IMG/VR virus record: IMGVR_UViG_3300034105_004543
Coordinates: 1 to 64,000 of that record
Source: a virus
Reading direction: 5' to 3' (one strand)
Length of the DNA stretch: 64,000 bases
Each line of letters begins with the position of its first letter. Within the stretch, counting starts at the first letter, position 1. The notes beneath the pieces were generated by a model. That model saw nothing but the letters and a program-made list of their open reading frames with translations, had not been told where the DNA came from and made no database searches. The translations under genes were made by a program, and so were the position numbers. This document shows, piece after piece, positions 58,764-64,000 of this stretch.

Positions 58764-61211
58764 TTGGGAGCAACAGATAAAGAGAGAAGTTTATTTCTAA
58801 AAGGATTTAAACTTTCTAAGCAAGGTCAATATGAAGATCCAACATATTTAGGATTTAAGATTGTTATAGATTTTGGAAATCTACCTATAAATGGCGAGGA
58901 CGGATTACCTCCTAGTCCACTCTTTAGAGAAACAAGTTATAATAACGATAGAGGTAATGATTTCTTTGGTAGGAATCCATTTGGACAGGAACAATACGAT
59001 TTTAGGACCCAAACAAATACCTCTTTCTATAGTGCTATAAGCTATTTGGAGGAGAGAGAAGCTGACTTTAGCAATTCTGGTGGTAAAAGAGCGGATATGT
59101 TAAAGCAATTCAAAAACACATTCAATGATTTATTAACAAATTCCCCTTGGTTTATACAATCGATAACTGGTCTGGATGAGCTTATGAAGGTTCCTAGAGG
59201 TGGATATCAAACGCAATCCGAGACATCATCGGTATTTAATGTTCAAAGAACAATGGGCAAAACCTTAACTTTTAATACTTTGGAATCTATGAATCTTAGG
59301 GTAACAGCTATGGCAGACCTTTATAACCAAGCAACTTTCGATTATGATTTTATGCGTGAACTTGTACCAAGGAATCTTAGAAAATTTACGATGTACATAT
59401 TTGTTTCTGAGATAAGAAACTTCTTTAAGACCTCGAGATTACTAGGGTCATCAACAGCTTTAACAGCACTAGACGGCTTATCTTCCCTGCTGGCTTCTGG
59501 TAATAACCCAGGAACCAATATCGCTTCTTCAACCAACGTCGCTCAAGAACAAAATAAAACTTTTAGTAATGGTGGTCCAGGTAATATAAATCCTGCCAGT
59601 CCTTTTAACGCCTTCGTTGGTAATATATTTAATCAAGCTGGACTTGATAATGATTTTTCTTTATTGAAAAATCAACAGGACCAATCTGGTATAAAGCCTA
59701 TGCTTGTTTTTGAATGTAAAAATTGTGAATTTGACTTCAGTGAAAGTACACCCATACAGAATCAATTGTATGCTGGTACCAATCAAGGTAGTGCCACTCC
59801 AGAAGCACAGAAGTTTAAAATACATGTTGGTAAAGTGAGAATGAGAAACCAATATCCTAATATAAGATCGGACGGTAAACCATTAATCCTTGGTGATAGC
59901 TGGGATTCCGCTAGATCATCCGTCCAAAAATCTCCTCCCGCTGACATAAATGATATATTAAGTGTAGGTGGTGAATTACTAACAAATTTTGTAAGTAATT
60001 CATTGAATGACCTTATAAATGAAGGTGTTACAAATCTTGCTAAAAATTTGGAGGGAATAGATAAGGCAATTTTAGGTAATGCATATAGTTTCAACCCAAG
60101 CGAGCTTTTGTCAAATCTTTCATTCAACAGTGCTCAGGATTTTCTTTCCCAACTAGGAGGAGCAAATATAGGAATAACCAAAACAACACTACCGAATCCG
60201 CAATCGATGGGTCTTGGTGGTCCTCCAAATAGGGTTTATAATTCACCCTCTGGTGATGCTTATCCAAAATCACCCGGAGGTGATCTTGGTCTTCCGCAAA
60301 GAATCTATAATGCACCTTCCGATGATGCTTATCCAAAATCACCTGGTGATGACCTTGGTCTTCCGCAGAGAGTTTACCCAGCTCCTGTTGGAGATGTATA
60401 TTCAGAATCACCTGGACCTGATTTAGGTTTGCCCGATAGAATCTATCCTGCTCCTGTAGGTGACGAATACCCAACATCACCAGGATCTGATCTTGGATCT
60501 CCGGATAGAATCTATCCGCCAACGACAGGTGACGAATACCCAACATCACCAGGATCTGATCTTGGATCTCCGGATAGAATCTATCCGCCAACGACAGGTG
60601 ACGAATACCCAACATCACCAGGATCTGATTTAGGTGCACCTGATAGGACATATCCGCCAACGACAGGAGACGAATACCCAACATCACCAGGATCTGATCT
60701 TGGATCTCCAGATAGAATCTATCCGCCAACGACGGGTGACGAGTATATTAAATCACCAGGACCCGATTTAGGTGCACCTTCACGAATATACAAATCTCCA
60801 AGTGGTGATGAATACCCAGGATCACCAGGACCTGACTTAGGTTTACCCGGTAGAATTTATAAGAATGCTTCTGGCGATGAATACGTGGGATCACCAGGAC
60901 CTGATTTAGGTTTACCCAACAGATCATATGAAGGTGTAAATGAAAATGTGTACCCGAATCAAGGGGTTGTTTCCGCTAATGGAAGATTGATAAACGAGAA
61001 TAATAGTTTTCAACAATCACCAGGAAGTGTTTATACTTCACCACCGATAAACACAAACCCAATATCAAGGGGAGATATGGGTAAAATATATCCACCCACA
61101 AGCGGGGACTTTTCTTTAGAAACACCACTAAATCTCGGGAACCTAAAGCCACATACTAAATATAATATAAGTACTGATGGATTTAATGGTGATATAAATG
61201 ATTTTGAATAA
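58764..61211 (+). CDS. Baseplate/tail-associated protein with Pro-rich repeat domain (TTG start)
   Basis: Globular N-terminal domain followed by 10 x 23-aa repeats; within the baseplate cluster. Confidence 0.55.
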   Translation: MGATDKERSLFLKGFKLSKQGQYEDPTYLGFKIVIDFGNLPINGEDGLPPSPLFRETSYNNDRGNDFFGRNPFGQEQYDFRTQTNTSFYSAISYLEEREADFSNSGGKRADMLKQFKNTFNDLLTNSPWFIQSITGLDELMKVPRGGYQTQSETSSVFNVQRTMGKTLTFNTLESMNLRVTAMADLYNQATFDYDFMRELVPRNLRKFTMYIFVSEIRNFFKTSRLLGSSTALTALDGLSSLLASGNNPGTNIASSTNVAQEQNKTFSNGGPGNINPASPFNAFVGNIFNQAGLDNDFSLLKNQQDQSGIKPMLVFECKNCEFDFSESTPIQNQLYAGTNQGSATPEAQKFKIHVGKVRMRNQYPNIRSDGKPLILGDSWDSARSSVQKSPPADINDILSVGGELLTNFVSNSLNDLINEGVTNLAKNLEGIDKAILGNAYSFNPSELLSNLSFNSAQDFLSQLGGANIGITKTTLPNPQSMGLGGPPNRVYNSPSGDAYPKSPGGDLGLPQRIYNAPSDDAYPKSPGDDLGLPQRVYPAPVGDVYSESPGPDLGLPDRIYPAPVGDEYPTSPGSDLGSPDRIYPPTTGDEYPTSPGSDLGSPDRIYPPTTGDEYPTSPGSDLGAPDRTYPPTTGDEYPTSPGSDLGSPDRIYPPTTGDEYIKSPGPDLGAPSRIYKSPSGDEYPGSPGPDLGLPGRIYKNASGDEYVGSPGPDLGLPNRSYEGVNENVYPNQGVVSANGRLINENNSFQQSPGSVYTSPPINTNPISRGDMGKIYPPTSGDFSLETPLNLGNLKPHTKYNISTDGFNGDINDFE
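60255..60945 (+). repeat. Coding 69-nt (23-aa) tandem repeat, 10 copies of DEYPTSPGSDLGSPDRIYPPTTG-like units
   Basis: Central copies are nearly identical at DNA level; flanking copies are diverged. Confidence 0.95.
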
Positions 61212-61213
61212 TT

Positions 61214-61891
61214 ATGCCTAGTGAAAAAACATACCTTGGACAGATAGTTGATATTAACGATCCTCTTAAGCAGGGAAGAGCCAGAGTTTCTGTATTTGGG
61301 TTGTTCGATGATTTAGCAGTTGAGAATATACCCTGGGCGGAACAAAATTCGTGTTTATCTTTTGGTGCCAATTATGGTGGCGGTAATATAACAGTTCCTA
61401 GATTGGGTGCTGTTGTATCTGTTCATTTTGAGGAGGAAAACTACTATAAGATAACATACGATTATATAAAGGAGCAATCCCATGATATTGCTGCCGAATT
61501 GCAAGAAGAAAATTCATACGAGGGAACGCAGTCTCTAGTTTATGATGGTGAAGCTCTCCCTGGTGCGCTTAAGATAATATACACTAGAAAGAAGGGTCTT
61601 GTCATATCCCTTGGCGATGCTAAGGTTCAATTGGATACACAAAATGGTGGTGAGCTTAGAATCGTTGTTAAAATGGGAGAGGATGAGATACGGATGGAAA
61701 AAAAGAAAGTAATCGTAAAGTGTGAAAATATAGAACTTGGAGAAGGTGCTATAGAAAAGCTAGTTAAAGGTAGTACTTTCTTAAAATATTTCAATACCCA
61801 CACGCACCCGACCGGAGTAGGTCCATCTGGAACACCCATTGTTAAAATGACTGATAAACAGCACCTAAGTCAGGTATCAAAAACTAAATAA
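61214..61891 (+). CDS. Baseplate central spike (gp5 N-terminal OB fold / gpV-like)
   Basis: GQIVDINDPLKQGRARV..IPWA..VPRLGAVV; C-terminal FNTHTH. Confidence 0.85.
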   Translation: MPSEKTYLGQIVDINDPLKQGRARVSVFGLFDDLAVENIPWAEQNSCLSFGANYGGGNITVPRLGAVVSVHFEEENYYKITYDYIKEQSHDIAAELQEENSYEGTQSLVYDGEALPGALKIIYTRKKGLVISLGDAKVQLDTQNGGELRIVVKMGEDEIRMEKKKVIVKCENIELGEGAIEKLVKGSTFLKYFNTHTHPTGVGPSGTPIVKMTDKQHLSQVSKTK

Positions 61892-61893
61892 TA

Positions 61894-63747
61894 ATGGCAG
61901 CAGATTGGGTAACATTCATAACTAAGGTTAGTGATAAATTGGGATCTCAGTCCATTAAATCCTATGATGAAATGGCGGATTTTCTTAAAAAGGAATACAT
62001 CTCTGCGACAGTTGGTAAAGCGGCATCACCCTATGGGGAAATCCACGTCAAGGGAAAGGATAAAGTCATGTTGGATGGTTTTAAAAAGGGATTTAAGATG
62101 CTTTATGAGAAGGGCGATCTATCATTTGAGGATAAGCAAACAAATCCAGAATACGCAGATTTAGATGTGCAGCCACCTACTGTAGATATATCGGATGCTG
62201 CGGATCAGGTGGAACTTGATTTTAGAGATTGGACTGATACAAACAAAGCGACAATACCAGATTTTACATATTCACAATTTTTTTCCCAATATCCAAATTT
62301 TCCCGCTGATAGGAATCAAGCAGTTATAGAGATAGCTAGAAAAATATTGCATCAATTTGATGGTACTGGTTCATATTTGCAATGGATGTATTCCTTGAGA
62401 ACAGGAGCATACAGTAACTGGGGAAATTTAATAATGGATCAGGTGGTGAAATTAATAAAATCTGAAGTTGATCGTCCTCTTCAGCCCGGGGATCTTGTTA
62501 GAGGTTATGCGAAGTATAGGAACGCCGACACAATATATTTTGTTAAAACGATCGACGGTGGTATTAATGCAAGCTCATATACCACAACCGAACCTTCTGG
62601 ATTCAACAGCGGCTTTGGAAATTTCACAAACCAATCGAGTTTAAAATTGAAAGATGCATTTAATTTAATAAAGGGTGATGTGAATGTAGATAGCATGGAC
62701 CTTACTAGTTCAGCTATCGGTGTTACTAATAAAGAAAAATACCCCCTTGATAGAAGTGATCTTGTGGAGGGAAAAATTGTATCCGTATCTGGTTTGGATG
62801 GAGCTAAAACAACAAAAATATCAATTTTTAGTAAGCAGTATAATAGAACTTTAATAAAGACACTAATTCCAGGAACTATAAACAGAAAGCTAGATGTGAA
62901 GGAGATTGCTGCAAATTTGCCCTCAGTTTTACTAAGTGATAAATTATTACAAGAACAACATTATGCAAATCCAAAAAAAATACCTGATTATCTTACCGCT
63001 GAATTTATAACCACTTTTACATACTCTGCTAAATATGATACTAAGTATTTGAAGGCCTGGCTGGGGTCAAATAATCTTTCGGATTCAATCATAAAGAAAA
63101 TAGAATCTGAATTTGATGATTCATATCAGTATGCTGATGAAATATTTGGCTTATTTTCTAATAATCTTGCAAGAAGTGGATTTTTTACTAGAAATATAAA
63201 TTATCTGGGTGGAAATCAGTCAAATATAAATTATAAATTCAATTTTAATTCAGAAAAGCAACGACGCGATCGAAATAAAAGAATCGAATATGGAGCGGAG
63301 GAGGAAAGATACAGAAATCTTAAAATTAGATGGATCAATGAGATAGCTGAGGAAGCTAGAAAAAACTCAGATCTAGATAAGCCCGAGGATCCTTATGATG
63401 TTATGGCTAAAGGGGTACTTGATTATTGGAAATCTTGTGCACAAAAACCACTATCAAAGGAACCCGCTGCTCCACCGTGTGTTATTTCCCTTCCGCAAGG
63501 TGGTCTTTACGTTCCTATATATTATGGAAGCCAGACAATGCTTGGTAATAATATGAGAAGAGCTTTCAATACAGGAAAAAGATTTAATGAACCATTCGAA
63601 AAACCAATTGCTTCCAAATTGGTAGCATCAGCCCTTGCCTATTCTTTTGGTATGCATTTGCTCGAATTAAAATTCATTTATCGTGGTGGTATACCTGGTC
63701 CGAATGGTCCAGTTCCTATGATTGGCTTTATACCGCTCGTCTACTAA
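61894..63747 (+). CDS. Hypothetical baseplate-region protein
   Basis: 617-aa ORF coupled to the spike gene. Confidence 0.55.
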   Translation: MAADWVTFITKVSDKLGSQSIKSYDEMADFLKKEYISATVGKAASPYGEIHVKGKDKVMLDGFKKGFKMLYEKGDLSFEDKQTNPEYADLDVQPPTVDISDAADQVELDFRDWTDTNKATIPDFTYSQFFSQYPNFPADRNQAVIEIARKILHQFDGTGSYLQWMYSLRTGAYSNWGNLIMDQVVKLIKSEVDRPLQPGDLVRGYAKYRNADTIYFVKTIDGGINASSYTTTEPSGFNSGFGNFTNQSSLKLKDAFNLIKGDVNVDSMDLTSSAIGVTNKEKYPLDRSDLVEGKIVSVSGLDGAKTTKISIFSKQYNRTLIKTLIPGTINRKLDVKEIAANLPSVLLSDKLLQEQHYANPKKIPDYLTAEFITTFTYSAKYDTKYLKAWLGSNNLSDSIIKKIESEFDDSYQYADEIFGLFSNNLARSGFFTRNINYLGGNQSNINYKFNFNSEKQRRDRNKRIEYGAEEERYRNLKIRWINEIAEEARKNSDLDKPEDPYDVMAKGVLDYWKSCAQKPLSKEPAAPPCVISLPQGGLYVPIYYGSQTMLGNNMRRAFNTGKRFNEPFEKPIASKLVASALAYSFGMHLLELKFIYRGGIPGPNGPVPMIGFIPLVY

Positions 63748-63830
63748 AAAATCCTGCAATTTAAAGGAACTAAAGATGTGATATATAGTATAATTAATAG
63801 TAATGTATAATCATCTAAAAACTAAAAAAA

Positions 63831-64000
63831 ATGAATTCAGATTTCTTAGAAAATTTTGAATGGGAGCTACCTAACGGATTATCCCTCAATTCTAAAATCA
63901 AATCACCGGCAGGATCTAGAATATATTGCCACGAACCTTACGCTGAGGAGCTAGCGAAACTTTATTTTTCGAGTAATGATAAATTTGAGGGCGGATCTAA
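63831..64000 (+). CDS. Partial ORF running off the window
   Basis: ATG after an A-run; open to the window end (MNSDFLENFEWELPNG...). Confidence 0.55.
   Translation, partial: MNSDFLENFEWELPNGLSLNSKIKSPAGSRIYCHEPYAEELAKLYFSSNDKFEGGS

Noticed and set aside
60124-60729. 201-aa reverse ORF with repeats
   Set aside because: Antisense reading of the coding repeat
60255-60945. CRISPR-like array
   Set aside because: Units are 69 nt, in frame, with no unique spacers; this is a coding tandem repeat
1-64000. Stop-codon reassignment as in some large Bacteroidota phages
   Set aside because: Core genes are full length in code 11, and TAG terminates TerL, portal A and others at the expected positions
1-64000. 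tRNA or structured ncRNA genes
   Set aside because: Intergenic gaps are short and explained by terminators and promoters; no cloverleaf recognised by eye (tRNAscan-SE or Infernal would be decisive)

Overview
This 64 kb window is a gene-dense, AT-rich segment, almost all on the + strand, of a large T4-superfamily-like (jumbo) myophage. The genetic code looks standard. It carries the core morphogenesis genes: neck, small and large terminase, sheath, two tail-tube paralogues, gp26/gp51-like hub, tape-measure-like protein, head-completion nuclease, two tandem portal paralogues, a protease-scaffold fusion, major capsid, and baseplate/spike genes. Interleaved are replication and nucleotide genes (DNA ligase, clamp loader subunits, 5'-3' exonuclease, 3'-5' exonuclease, guanylate kinase, dCMP deaminase, NUDIX), two sigma factors and two free-standing homing-endonuclease-like genes. 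Bacteroidota-type TAnnTTTG promoter elements and A-rich starts without Shine-Dalgarno sequences point to a Bacteroidota host (inference). The most notable observations are: (1) three promoter classes readable by eye that outline a host sigma -> phage ECF sigma -> gp55-like sigma cascade; (2) a large set of unannotated proteins, including a nucleotidyltransferase, that share a T4-like capsid-targeting/protease-cleavage motif and may be packaged, injected cargo; (3) a hidden -1 frame extension behind an A9 slippery run; (4) duplicated portals with an identical C-terminal octapeptide; (5) a P-loop kinase plus AsnB-like amidotransferase cassette. All assignments come from motif recognition by eye; no database searches were run.
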